A stretch of DNA of 64,000 nucleotides, taken from assembly GCA_020629055.1 (NCBI GenBank), contig JAHDEB010000006.1:11612-75611 (forward strand), written 5' to 3'. A program made the translations under genes and the position numbers. This document shows, one piece after another, positions 40,613-50,085 of this stretch; the first letter of the stretch is position 1; each line of letters begins with the position of its first letter. Origin of the DNA: Chloroflexota bacterium (GTDB lineage Bacteria > Chloroflexota > Anaerolineae > Promineifilales > Promineifilaceae). Below the pieces are notes generated by a model. It did not search any database and was not told the DNA's origin. It saw only the letters and a program-made list of their open reading frames with translations.

Positions 40613-41409
40613 CAGTTATGATCAATGATAAAGCCCAACCCCTAAACGATCAAAAATTAATTGAAATTCGTGATTACTGGAACGAACATATTCATGATCT
40701 TGAAATTGCAACAGAGCCGCTTGGCTCTTTGGGCTTTTTTAATCAGCTTGACGATTATCGGTTTGATAAGCTGCATTATTTGCCTAAGGTTGTAGATTTT
40801 TCATCCTACAAGGGTAAAAAGATGCTAGAAATCGGCTGTGGTGCTGGAATTGACCTGGTTCGATTTGCCCGGGAAGGTGCAGATGTGATCGGGATCGATT
40901 TGGCTGAAGTTTCAATCGACTTAGCACGCAAAAACTTCGCCCAGCGGAATTTGCAAGGTGAATTTCACGTCATGGACGGCCAAGCAACGGCGTTTGAAGA
41001 CAATAGCTTTGATGTCGTTTATGCTCATGGTGTATTGCAATACACGGCCGATGCTCCGGCGATGATGCGTGAGATTTACCGCGTATTGAAACCGGGTGGG
41101 GAAGCGATTTTCATGGTCTACAATCGGATCTCATGGCTGAACTTCATGAAGAACATTGTGAAAGTTGATCTTGAGCATGAAGATGCCCCTGTGTTTATGA
41201 CCTACTCGATAAAAGAGTTTAAAACCCTGTTAAATGGATTTGACAGAGTTGAGGTTGTGCCAGAACGTTTTCCAGTGAAGACAAAATTGCATAAGGGGCT
41301 CAAAGCCTTTTTGTATAACAATATTTTTGTAGGGGCATTTAACATTTTACCCAAAGCGTTGGTTCGGCCGTTTGGCTGGCATTTGATGGCGTTTGCGTAT
41401 AAAAAATAA
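40609..41409 (+). CDS. Class I SAM-dependent methyltransferase
   Basis: SAM motif I LEIGCGAGIDL, post-I DLAEVSI and VLKPGGEAIF. The ATG at 40609 forms an ATGA overlap with the asnB-like stop. Confidence 0.8.
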   Translation: MTVMINDKAQPLNDQKLIEIRDYWNEHIHDLEIATEPLGSLGFFNQLDDYRFDKLHYLPKVVDFSSYKGKKMLEIGCGAGIDLVRFAREGADVIGIDLAEVSIDLARKNFAQRNLQGEFHVMDGQATAFEDNSFDVVYAHGVLQYTADAPAMMREIYRVLKPGGEAIFMVYNRISWLNFMKNIVKVDLEHEDAPVFMTYSIKEFKTLLNGFDRVEVVPERFPVKTKLHKGLKAFLYNNIFVGAFNILPKALVRPFGWHLMAFAYKK

Positions 41410-41426
41410 AGGCGCTTAAAAACCTT

Positions 41427-43085
41427 ATGCTGCGTGACCCATTCAAGCTAAAAAGTAAGAAGTATGACATGCTCGTGATTGGCGGGGGCATTCATGGTGC
41501 TTTTGTGGCTTGGGATGCAGCTTTACGTGGTCTAACTGTTGCTTTAATTGAGCGAGATGATTTTGGCGGGGCGACATCGGCAAATAGCTTAAAAACTGTG
41601 CATGGGGGATTGCGCTACTTGCAAGACGGCGACCTGAAATTGGTTAGAAAGATGATTCGGGAGCGTAGGGCGTATTTACGGATTGCTCCTCATTTGGTTC
41701 ATCCTTTACCCTGTGTCATGCCGACCTACCGTCAGCTAAAAAAGAATAAATATCTTTTGACGCCGGCCCTTTACATTAATGATTTGATTGGTTCGGACCG
41801 AAACCAAGGGCAAGATCCGGCAGCCTGTTTGCCTCAGAGTCGGCCGCTTTCACGCCGGGAACTTTTGGCCAAACTACAAGGGATTAAACCGGACGGTATT
41901 ACTGGTGGTGTGAGCTGGTATGATGGCCAAATCTATAACTCTGAACGCTTTTTGTTAAGCATTTTAGAATCAGCTGTCTCGATTGGGGCAGATGTCGTTA
42001 ATTATTTAAAAGCCACCGAGCTGATTTATGAGGCGGGAACGGCCGTTGTTGGCGCAAAGGTTGAGGATTGTTTGACCGGAGATCGCTTTAATATTTCGGC
42101 TGATCTTGTTGTCAATGCGACCGGAGCATGGACAGACCATTTAATTAATAATGGGTCTGAACGCTCCCGTTTTAACAACTCCACGGCAATAAACATCATC
42201 ACAAGAAAATTTATAGATGATGTCGGTGCTGGCATTTTTGGCCAATATCTGGATGAAGTAAAACAGGAGAGCAAGTCACGTCTTTTGTTTATTTCCCCTT
42301 GGCGGAACAGTTCGATTATCGGCACAATTCATGAGCATTTTGTAGGTGACCCATCTGAGCATGTTGTTTCGACTGAGCAAGTGCAAGCGGTACTTGACGA
42401 AGTGAATGATGCTTATCCAGGTGCCCGGCTGACTTTGGGTGATGTTCGCTTTGTGCATCGAGGGTTCTTGCCAACGACGGCCGAGCGAGATGGAGATGTG
42501 AAGCTGGTCCGTAAAGGTCAGGTTCATGACCATCTTCAAGAGGATGGTGTCTCCGGCCTTGTTAGCGTTGTGGGTGTGAAATACACAACTGCGCGTGAAG
42601 TAGCGGAACGGGCGGTTGATTTGTCCGAATCTAAACTTCGAGCTTCTGTAAGCAAATGTCAGACGGATCGGACGCGGGTAATCGGTGCTGAATTTGAGTC
42701 TCTAGATCAACTTCTTCATGAAGCTGCGCAAAATGAAAAATATGATTTGTCGACAGAGGCTGCGGCTGAGTTAGTCTACAATTATGGTAGTAGGTACTCT
42801 TCTGTATTAGATGAGCTTGATCAAGATATTGATTATTCTGCACATTCAATTGAAGAGCGTTTAGTAGTTGCCCAAATTAGATTAGCCATTCGCAATGAAA
42901 TGGCTATCAAGCTAACTGATGTGGTTTTGCGACGTACAGAGTTAGGATCGGCCGGATATCCTGGAGATCAAATGCTTAAATTTTGTGCAGAGGTAATGGG
43001 TGAGGAGCTGGGTTGGGATTGGCCGCGAACACAGGCAGAAATCGCAATGGTAAAAGCTATCTATCATCAATGTTTGATGGTGTGA
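41427..43085 (+). CDS. FAD-dependent oxidoreductase of the glycerol-3-phosphate dehydrogenase/oxidase (GlpD/GlpA) family
   Basis: YDMLVIGGGIHGAFVAWDAALRGLTVALIERDDFGGATSANSLKTVHGGLRYL. Length and C-terminal helical domain are typical of GlpD. Confidence 0.75.
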   Translation: MLRDPFKLKSKKYDMLVIGGGIHGAFVAWDAALRGLTVALIERDDFGGATSANSLKTVHGGLRYLQDGDLKLVRKMIRERRAYLRIAPHLVHPLPCVMPTYRQLKKNKYLLTPALYINDLIGSDRNQGQDPAACLPQSRPLSRRELLAKLQGIKPDGITGGVSWYDGQIYNSERFLLSILESAVSIGADVVNYLKATELIYEAGTAVVGAKVEDCLTGDRFNISADLVVNATGAWTDHLINNGSERSRFNNSTAINIITRKFIDDVGAGIFGQYLDEVKQESKSRLLFISPWRNSSIIGTIHEHFVGDPSEHVVSTEQVQAVLDEVNDAYPGARLTLGDVRFVHRGFLPTTAERDGDVKLVRKGQVHDHLQEDGVSGLVSVVGVKYTTAREVAERAVDLSESKLRASVSKCQTDRTRVIGAEFESLDQLLHEAAQNEKYDLSTEAAAELVYNYGSRYSSVLDELDQDIDYSAHSIEERLVVAQIRLAIRNEMAIKLTDVVLRRTELGSAGYPGDQMLKFCAEVMGEELGWDWPRTQAEIAMVKAIYHQCLMV

Positions 43086-43188
43086 TTAGTCAATTTAGGC
43101 TGACGATTAATGTTTTTAGTCGTCAACTTGTTAGGAATATTATCCCTGTAGGCGACGGGAAATCATGTCGCTTTTTTAGAGAATTTTT

Positions 43189-44175
43189 ATGAAGCCAAAT
43201 GTCCTTGTAACTGGTGGAACCGGATTTACCGGCGGCCACCTTTGCCATGAATTGAAAAAACAAGGTTACCCTGTACGAGCGATGGTTCGAGATGTGAACC
43301 GCGCCAAAGGTCTTGAAGCTGCTGGTGTGGAGCTGGTTGTTGGAGATTTGCGTAATAAGGCATCTATTAAATCAGCGATGGAAGGGATTGACACCGTTTA
43401 TCATATTGCGGCCTTGTTTCGGCCGGAGAATGTGACTGAACAGGATATGTGGGATGCTAATTCCCTCGGGGTTCGAAATATGCTAGAAGCTGCAGTCGAG
43501 GCAGGTGTGAGTCGATTTGTTCATTGCAGCACCATCGGGGTACATGGAGAGGTTTTAGATCCACCTGGTGATGAATCTACCCCGTATGGGCCTGGAGATT
43601 ATTATCAAGAGTCGAAAACTGATGGCGAGCGAATTGCCATCGAGTATATGGAAAGTGGAAAGTTACCGATTTCGATTTTCCGCCCCGGAGGAATATATGG
43701 GCCAGGGGACACACGCTTTTTAAAATTATTTAAATCAATCAAGAAAAAGCGTTTTGTTATGTTTGGCTCAGGTGAAGTGTTGTACCAATTGGTGTATATC
43801 GATGATTTAGTTCGGGGTATAATTCTGTGTGGAACCAAAGATGAAGCCCTTGGCAATATTTATATTTTGACAGGCAAAAAAGCAATCACGCTAAATGAGA
43901 TGGTTGCAGCTATCGCCGAATCAGTTGATGAGCCTGCACCATGGATAAAGCTTCCCGTAACACCTTTATATTGGGCAGGTTTTGCTTGCGAACTCATGTG
44001 TCAACCATTTGGTATTTCCCCTCCCATCTATCGTAGGCGAGTTGATTTCTTCCGCAAAGACCGAGCTTTTAAAATTGATAAGGCACAGCGAGAGCTGGGG
44101 TACAATCCTATCGTGGATGAGAAAGCAGGTTTGGGACAAACTGCTGCTTGGTATAAAAAGATGGGGCTTTTGTAA
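43189..44175 (+). CDS. Extended-SDR NAD(P)-dependent epimerase/dehydratase/reductase
   Basis: VLVTGGTGFTGGHL, catalytic YQESK (YxxxK) and RPGGIYGPGD. Confidence 0.8.
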   Translation: MKPNVLVTGGTGFTGGHLCHELKKQGYPVRAMVRDVNRAKGLEAAGVELVVGDLRNKASIKSAMEGIDTVYHIAALFRPENVTEQDMWDANSLGVRNMLEAAVEAGVSRFVHCSTIGVHGEVLDPPGDESTPYGPGDYYQESKTDGERIAIEYMESGKLPISIFRPGGIYGPGDTRFLKLFKSIKKKRFVMFGSGEVLYQLVYIDDLVRGIILCGTKDEALGNIYILTGKKAITLNEMVAAIAESVDEPAPWIKLPVTPLYWAGFACELMCQPFGISPPIYRRRVDFFRKDRAFKIDKAQRELGYNPIVDEKAGLGQTAAWYKKMGLL

Positions 44176-44180
44176 AGCAG

Positions 44181-45134
44181 ATGAATACTGGCTCACCATC
44201 CTCAGTTTCTGTCACGTCTCCTGTCACTAAGAATGACTGGAAGGCTGATTTAAAGTTGGCCCTTGGCCCGTATATTAAGAATCTTGTCTCATTAAGCCGT
44301 GGCAAACTGGCTGATAAAAGGATCTTTTTTGATCTGAACACACAGGAAGAAGTAACGATCAAGGGTGCTCAGCAGAACGCGATTCCCGGTTATTTTTACA
44401 GCTCAAATACAGAAGAGGAGTCTCCGGCGATTTTGTTGTTGCATGGGTCAACGCCGGCTGGCAAACAAATGGGGTTGTATCGCTTATTGGCCCATCGGTT
44501 ATCGGGATTGGGATATGCGGTGCTAACAATCGATCAGCGGGGGCATGGCAAAGCTAATACGCCAAATAAGATAGACAGCGTTGAAGATCTAGATTTCGCG
44601 GCCGATGCGATGTTGGCTTTAGACTATTTGAAACAACGGCCTGAGGTTGATTCAAGAAGGTCCTATCTGCTCGGGCATAGCTTTGGCGGCGATGTCGCAA
44701 TTACTGCGGGTGCACGACAGATTGGTACAAATAAGATTTTGGCATACGGGCCTGGGCGTCGCTATGAAGAGCGAGTCCAGAACGAGCTCGCATATTTTTG
44801 CCGGCGGTTCACCCGCTATATGAAGTTAGATCAACTCTTGCCTGCAGAATTGTACATGCAAACGATCGGCTCTCAGCTTCTGGAATCTCACTTAGGAACT
44901 TACGCAACTGACAGTCATGTACCGTTGATGCTAATTGATGGAGAACGAGAAAGTCTAAAAGATCGTCAATTTCTGAGCGATGTATCTTCTACTCTAAGCG
45001 ACTCTGTTAAATATACGACAATTCCAGATGCGGATCATTATGCCAATGTTGCATATTTTGGCCGCTTTGTCATTTATGATCGTCTTGCCTTTGAATTATT
45101 TTTAGAGGAGATTGCAGACTGGTTCTGTAAATAA
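44181..45134 (+). CDS. Alpha/beta-fold hydrolase
   Basis: LLLHGS oxyanion region, nucleophile elbow GHSFGG, and late DGERE and DADHY candidates for the acid and His. Confidence 0.65.
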   Translation: MNTGSPSSVSVTSPVTKNDWKADLKLALGPYIKNLVSLSRGKLADKRIFFDLNTQEEVTIKGAQQNAIPGYFYSSNTEEESPAILLLHGSTPAGKQMGLYRLLAHRLSGLGYAVLTIDQRGHGKANTPNKIDSVEDLDFAADAMLALDYLKQRPEVDSRRSYLLGHSFGGDVAITAGARQIGTNKILAYGPGRRYEERVQNELAYFCRRFTRYMKLDQLLPAELYMQTIGSQLLESHLGTYATDSHVPLMLIDGERESLKDRQFLSDVSSTLSDSVKYTTIPDADHYANVAYFGRFVIYDRLAFELFLEEIADWFCK

Positions 45135-45140
45135 GATCCC

Positions 45141-47315
45141 ATGATTGCTACGCTGGTTTTATTCGCCCTTTCGGTTGTCATTCGTGCATTAGGTACGATG
45201 ATTAAAGATTTTACCGATAACCCATGGGTGCAACGATCGGGGCTTGTCGCTTGCTCTATTGCAGTCTGGGTGGCCATGCATGCGGCAAGCGTCTGGTCAA
45301 CGATTTGGCCTCTAGGTGTTTTACTAGTAACCATTCTATTCCTGCCTAAAAAACAACTTAAACCTCCACTTACCATTGCACTTCTAGACCTTGCTGCTGT
45401 GATTATGATGGCATTTATGGCGGTTCCTCGATTGGGCTTTCTTGCAATGTTTCCTTTGATTGCCATGGTCCCTGCTGGTGGATGGTTAATCGACCAGCTA
45501 GTAGAATTTTTTCCTAAGAAGGTTCGACTTTTAATTCCGGCCGGGGTTGTACTGGGACTGCTGTTAGCCGCCGCAGTTACCCCATCTACTTTGCTCGGAG
45601 GCGTGCGACTACTGCAAACGCGCTTTTTGATCGTCGGGACATCATCCCCCTTTGCTTCTGGGCCAAAGGAAACTCTCTTGGGCCGCTCTCCGGTACCTGC
45701 TGTAAGTGCGGCTGAGCTGAATGAAGGGAATATCGCACCAGGCGATGTTTATCTGCCCATTGTGAAGCAACCGCTATTTGGATTGAATCCGGAAGAGATT
45801 GTTGTGGCTCGGCCGGTGGATATCGCTTTCAATAACCCTTCTTTTTCAGGCAATCCTTTTGACCTTGTTGCAACTGTTACATTTACCCATCAAGGGAGTT
45901 CCGCCATGCATGTGACTGAAATGTTTTACATGGGTGGGAATGAATGGCGCGTACGCTTTGCGCCAACCCAAGCGGGTCGTTGGGGGTATCAAACGAGTAG
46001 TTCTGATGCGGATTTAGATCAGAAATCTGGCAGTTTAGACATTACCCAGCAAACTGGGCATTTGGGCTTTATTGGCGCCAATGGGCCCCATTGGACCAGA
46101 CAAGGTGACCCAAATCAGGTTTTTGTTCCGCAATTTGTGATGTATGCTGATCCGCCACATTTTTACAACAACCCAACAAAAATTGAGAATGATATCGAAA
46201 ACTTTTTAGATCAGCATGGTTTTTCAGGCTTGCATGTTAAAGTTTTTTGCCGTTGGTATGATTTGGAAAAAGCCAGTTGTAACGATATTAATCTTTCCAG
46301 CCCAGACCCAGATTTGCGAACGTTTGAAGCACTCGAGCAGCTAATTACCGCTGTTTATGCTGAAGGCGGTGTGGTGCATATTTGGGCGTGGGGTGATGAA
46401 ACTCGTGGACAAACACCGGCAAGATGGGGATATAACGGGGTAGAAGATCAACGTCTTCAACGATATATTGCTGCTCGATTAGGGCCCTTGCCAGGCTGGA
46501 CAATGGGGTATGGTTTTGACCTGTTTGAGTGGACAACCGAGGATCAGCTAGATACATGGTACAGCTATATGCACGCTCATCTGGGTTGGAATCACTTGTT
46601 GGGTGCTCGTTCGTCTAAGAATCAACTAGATCAACTTTCAGAGTTGATGGACTACTCTAGCTACGAACAGCACAGACCCACTTATGAAAAATATGTAGAA
46701 ACAATTGAGAGACGGCCGGGAAAACCATCTTTTTCTGAAGACCGTTTCAGGATACGTGATGAAGGGCGTGACAAAGATTATTCATTGGATGACACACGTC
46801 GCGGTTTATGGCGCTCTGGAATGGCCGGTGGTGTCGCAAATATTTGGGGCTATTTGCTAGAAGGTGGGAGTGACGAGCTTGGTTCAGCCAGCTATCCCAA
46901 TAAAGCAGAGATAAAACGCTACTTTACCTATTTTGACAGTCGTTTTTCAGCCGACCTAGCGCGTTGTAATGAACTGGCTGACGCGTATTGTCTTAAACGG
47001 CCGACAAACCAACATTATATTTTTTATGCAGAAGATTCTACATCAATGCGCGTTGATTTGTCTGAAATGAACGGTCCGCAGCCTTACCTTATAATCAACA
47101 CCGTAAATGGTGAGGAAAGCCGAGGTACACTAGATCCAAAATTGCAGACGATAACGATGCTAGGTGGTTCGCAAACTGTTCCTGCAAAATCTGATTGGGC
47201 CATGTTTGTCGGTTCATTTGAGGAGGCTGAGGCGGCCCAAGCTGTTATCAAGGATCAAATTGCAGCACGTGAACTTCTAGGACCAAATTCTACATGTCTA
47301 GAAGGTTCCCATTAG
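45141..47315 (+). CDS. Membrane-anchored protein with a DUF5060-like Ig domain plus a DUF4038/GH140-like putative glycoside hydrolase domain
   Basis: About 5 N-terminal TM helices. Then NPFDLVATVTFTH...MFYMGGNEWRVRFAPTQAGRWGYQTSS, the pattern I associate with DUF5060, followed by a TIM-barrel-sized domain. Assignment is from memory of the family, with no search run. Confidence 0.5.
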   Translation: MIATLVLFALSVVIRALGTMIKDFTDNPWVQRSGLVACSIAVWVAMHAASVWSTIWPLGVLLVTILFLPKKQLKPPLTIALLDLAAVIMMAFMAVPRLGFLAMFPLIAMVPAGGWLIDQLVEFFPKKVRLLIPAGVVLGLLLAAAVTPSTLLGGVRLLQTRFLIVGTSSPFASGPKETLLGRSPVPAVSAAELNEGNIAPGDVYLPIVKQPLFGLNPEEIVVARPVDIAFNNPSFSGNPFDLVATVTFTHQGSSAMHVTEMFYMGGNEWRVRFAPTQAGRWGYQTSSSDADLDQKSGSLDITQQTGHLGFIGANGPHWTRQGDPNQVFVPQFVMYADPPHFYNNPTKIENDIENFLDQHGFSGLHVKVFCRWYDLEKASCNDINLSSPDPDLRTFEALEQLITAVYAEGGVVHIWAWGDETRGQTPARWGYNGVEDQRLQRYIAARLGPLPGWTMGYGFDLFEWTTEDQLDTWYSYMHAHLGWNHLLGARSSKNQLDQLSELMDYSSYEQHRPTYEKYVETIERRPGKPSFSEDRFRIRDEGRDKDYSLDDTRRGLWRSGMAGGVANIWGYLLEGGSDELGSASYPNKAEIKRYFTYFDSRFSADLARCNELADAYCLKRPTNQHYIFYAEDSTSMRVDLSEMNGPQPYLIINTVNGEESRGTLDPKLQTITMLGGSQTVPAKSDWAMFVGSFEEAEAAQAVIKDQIAARELLGPNSTCLEGSH

Positions 47316-48322
47316 AATTTAACAACCATGGGAAAAGTATTTTGTTAGATCGCAAAAAAATTATCTCGGCATTGCGCATATTAATCAGCGTTGTTTTAAT
47401 CGGCTGGTTGATATGGATGGCTGATGAGGCTCAATTGGTTGAGCGGCTAGCTGGTGCCGATTACCGGTATTTGCTGCTGATGGCTTTAGTTGTCAATCTT
47501 GATCGCTTTTTAATGGCGACCAAGTGGAACATGTTGCTGCGGGCCAAAGGGATCATACTGTCATGGGGTGCGGCGATAAGTGCTTATTACCGAGCTTCGT
47601 TTTTTAACATATTTTTGCCAACGGTTGGCTCTGATAGCTATCGTATTGTCGAGGTTTCACGACTGACCGGCCGATCAGATGAAATTATCGCTTCGGTAGC
47701 TATAGAGAGATTTTTCGGAATTATTGCAACCGCCATCATGAGCTTGATTAGCTTTGTTTCATTTGTGGCGTTTATTGATAATGATCAAAGTTGGGCTACG
47801 GTTATACAACTACTCGTTTTACTTTCGGGGTTAACGGTTATTTTAACGGTCTCGATGAGTAGCCAAGTACAAGCTTTTATCTTTCAAATGTTGCCAGCAA
47901 GTGAATCAAAAATAGTTAAAAAGATCCGATCGATATTCGATGCATACCAGCAATATGCCAATCAGCGGAAAACACTCGCCATCTTCCTTGGGCTGTCTGT
48001 AATTGAGCAGCTGTTTCAGGCGTTTTCTACTTACTTTATTTCTCGTGCGTTAGGGCTAGATATCCCATTTGTCTATTTCGTTATATTTATTCCATTGGTT
48101 ATGATGATTATTCGGCTGCCTATTTCCTTTGACGGGTATGGGGTTCGCGAGACACTTTACATCTATTTTTTCGGATTGGTTGCTGTCAGTCGGACCGATG
48201 CTTTTTTGTTGGGATTTTTATCAACGATTTTGTGGCGTATTGCCAGTGCCCCACTCATGATCTATTATTTTTGGGTCAACAAGGTTGATGAGGTCACTCT
48301 GCCAGCTGAACCCACTCCCTAA
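47294..48322 (+). CDS. Flippase-like / lysyl-PG-synthase TM-region family (UPF0104) membrane protein
   Basis: 342 aa with about 8 TM segments. Motifs AAISAYYRASFFNIFLPTVGSDSYR and RLPISFDGYGVRE are typical of the family. Confidence 0.6.
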   Translation: MSRRFPLEFNNHGKSILLDRKKIISALRILISVVLIGWLIWMADEAQLVERLAGADYRYLLLMALVVNLDRFLMATKWNMLLRAKGIILSWGAAISAYYRASFFNIFLPTVGSDSYRIVEVSRLTGRSDEIIASVAIERFFGIIATAIMSLISFVSFVAFIDNDQSWATVIQLLVLLSGLTVILTVSMSSQVQAFIFQMLPASESKIVKKIRSIFDAYQQYANQRKTLAIFLGLSVIEQLFQAFSTYFISRALGLDIPFVYFVIFIPLVMMIIRLPISFDGYGVRETLYIYFFGLVAVSRTDAFLLGFLSTILWRIASAPLMIYYFWVNKVDEVTLPAEPTP

Positions 48323-48337
48323 CTAGTTACTGAATTT

Positions 48338-48877
48338 ATGAAGCAAAACCGATTATTAATAGGCTTGAGACGTATTTTGACCCCTGCCTTTGTGGTTACT
48401 TTGGTTTATTACCTACGCTATGGTGCTAAGGTGAGCCCGAAGTCAGAGGTTGATTTAACGGAAAATTTAAAATTTGGCAAAAACTGTGTGGTAAGCTCTT
48501 ATTGTAAAGTTAAGGCAACCGATGGCCCGCTCGTAATTGGTGATCGTGGTGGATTTGCGACTGGGTGTTTTGTAGCTGCAGGCGAAGGTGGTATTTCGAT
48601 CGGAGACAATGCGATTATAGGACCCAATGTGAATATTGTTGCTGTTAATTATCGTACAGATCAACTGGACACACATTTAGAAGATTTAGGTTCTACCTCG
48701 AAGGGTATAAAGATCGGAAATAACGTTTGGATAGGGGCGGGATGTACCATTTTAGACGGGTCTGTAATTGGCGACAATACAATTGTGGTAGCAAATAGTT
48801 TGGTCAACCGCCGTTACAAACCAAATGTTATTTTACAGGGCAGTCCAGCTAAGGTTTTGTTAAAAAGACAAAGCTAA
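48338..48877 (+). CDS. Hexapeptide-repeat (LbH) acyl/acetyltransferase with an N-terminal hydrophobic segment
   Basis: Hexapeptide repeats IGDNAIIGPNVNIV and VWIGAGCTILDGSVIGDNTIVVANSLV. Confidence 0.75.
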   Translation: MKQNRLLIGLRRILTPAFVVTLVYYLRYGAKVSPKSEVDLTENLKFGKNCVVSSYCKVKATDGPLVIGDRGGFATGCFVAAGEGGISIGDNAIIGPNVNIVAVNYRTDQLDTHLEDLGSTSKGIKIGNNVWIGAGCTILDGSVIGDNTIVVANSLVNRRYKPNVILQGSPAKVLLKRQS

Positions 48878-49077
48878 AAAAGGATTAATCGGGATAGCGA
48901 TAGAAGAAAGAGGTCGGAACATCGCATATCAAACCGGCTTTGGTCGGTTTGGGTGATCTAAGATCAATGTTTTATCTTCATGTAGGATCCCATAGCTAAT
49001 TTCCAAAAATTTTAATTAATTATCTAGGCATCTGTACAGACGGTTAAGTGCTTTAGAGATTCACAGGTTTAGTCAGA

Positions 49078-49374
49078 ATGAAAGAAAAAATATTCGAAAT
49101 AATTTCGGCCGCAATTGAAGAGCTTAACGAAGAGCTTGAGTACGAAGAATTAGAAAACGTGACGGTTGATACACCAATATTTGGCGGTGAAACTGGAATC
49201 GATTCATTGTCATTGGTCAGTTTGGTTGTCGAAGTAGAAGGCAACGTCAATGATGCGTTTGATGCAAATGTTACTTTGGCAGACGAGAAGGCGATGTCTT
49301 CACGGAATAGCCCATATCGCAATGTTGGTTCGTTTGTCGATTTTATTGTTGCCAAGCTTGGAGACGATGCCTAA
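49078..49374 (+). CDS. Stand-alone acyl carrier protein
   Basis: 98 aa and acidic. Phosphopantetheine site GIDSLSLVSLV (DSL). Confidence 0.75.
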   Translation: MKEKIFEIISAAIEELNEELEYEELENVTVDTPIFGGETGIDSLSLVSLVVEVEGNVNDAFDANVTLADEKAMSSRNSPYRNVGSFVDFIVAKLGDDA

Positions 49375-50069
49375 TGCCGACAATGGTAATCACCGGTACG
49401 CGGAAGGGAATCGGCCGTTACTTGGCCGAGCATTACGTGGCTAAAGGGTATAAGGTAGTTGGCTGCAGCCGGTCGCCGGTTGATTTTGAGCTTGAACGCT
49501 ATCAGCATTATGAGCTAGACGTGGCTGACGAAAAAGCGGTTGGCAAAATGGTGCGCAGTGTGATGCGTGAGCATGGACAGATCGATATCTTGTTAAATAA
49601 TGCAGGAATCGCCTCTATGAATCATTTTTTACTGACCCCGCTAAGCACGGTCGAGCGAATTTTCCAGACTAATTTTTTCGGGACATTTTTGTTCTGCCGT
49701 GAAGTCGGCAAGGCGATGGCGAAAAAGAAATACGGCCGTATTGTAAATTTTGCCACCGTAGCAGCGCCGCTAAAGCTAGAAGGTGAAGCCGCCTACGCTG
49801 CTTCGAAGGCGGCTGTGGCGAACTTAACCCAGTTAATCGCGAAAGAATTAGCTGAGTTTAACATTACAGTCAATGCGGTTGGCCCAACGCCTGTAGCAAC
49901 TGACCTAATTCGTGGTGTTTCTGATGATAAGATCGATGATTTGATTAACACCCAAAGCATTAAGCGAATGGGGGAGTATCGCGATATAAGCAACGTGACT
50001 GATTTTCTTATCCAACCGGAAAGTGATTTTGTAACAGGGCAGGTCATCTATTTAGGGGGAGTCTCTTAG
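49374..50069 (+). CDS. Classical SDR, FabG-like (3-oxoacyl-carrier-protein) reductase
   Basis: ITGTRKGIGR, NNAG and YAASKAAV. TAATG overlap with the ACP gene. Confidence 0.8.
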   Translation: MPTMVITGTRKGIGRYLAEHYVAKGYKVVGCSRSPVDFELERYQHYELDVADEKAVGKMVRSVMREHGQIDILLNNAGIASMNHFLLTPLSTVERIFQTNFFGTFLFCREVGKAMAKKKYGRIVNFATVAAPLKLEGEAAYAASKAAVANLTQLIAKELAEFNITVNAVGPTPVATDLIRGVSDDKIDDLINTQSIKRMGEYRDISNVTDFLIQPESDFVTGQVIYLGGVS

Positions 50070-50085
50070 GGCTGTACTCCAGATT

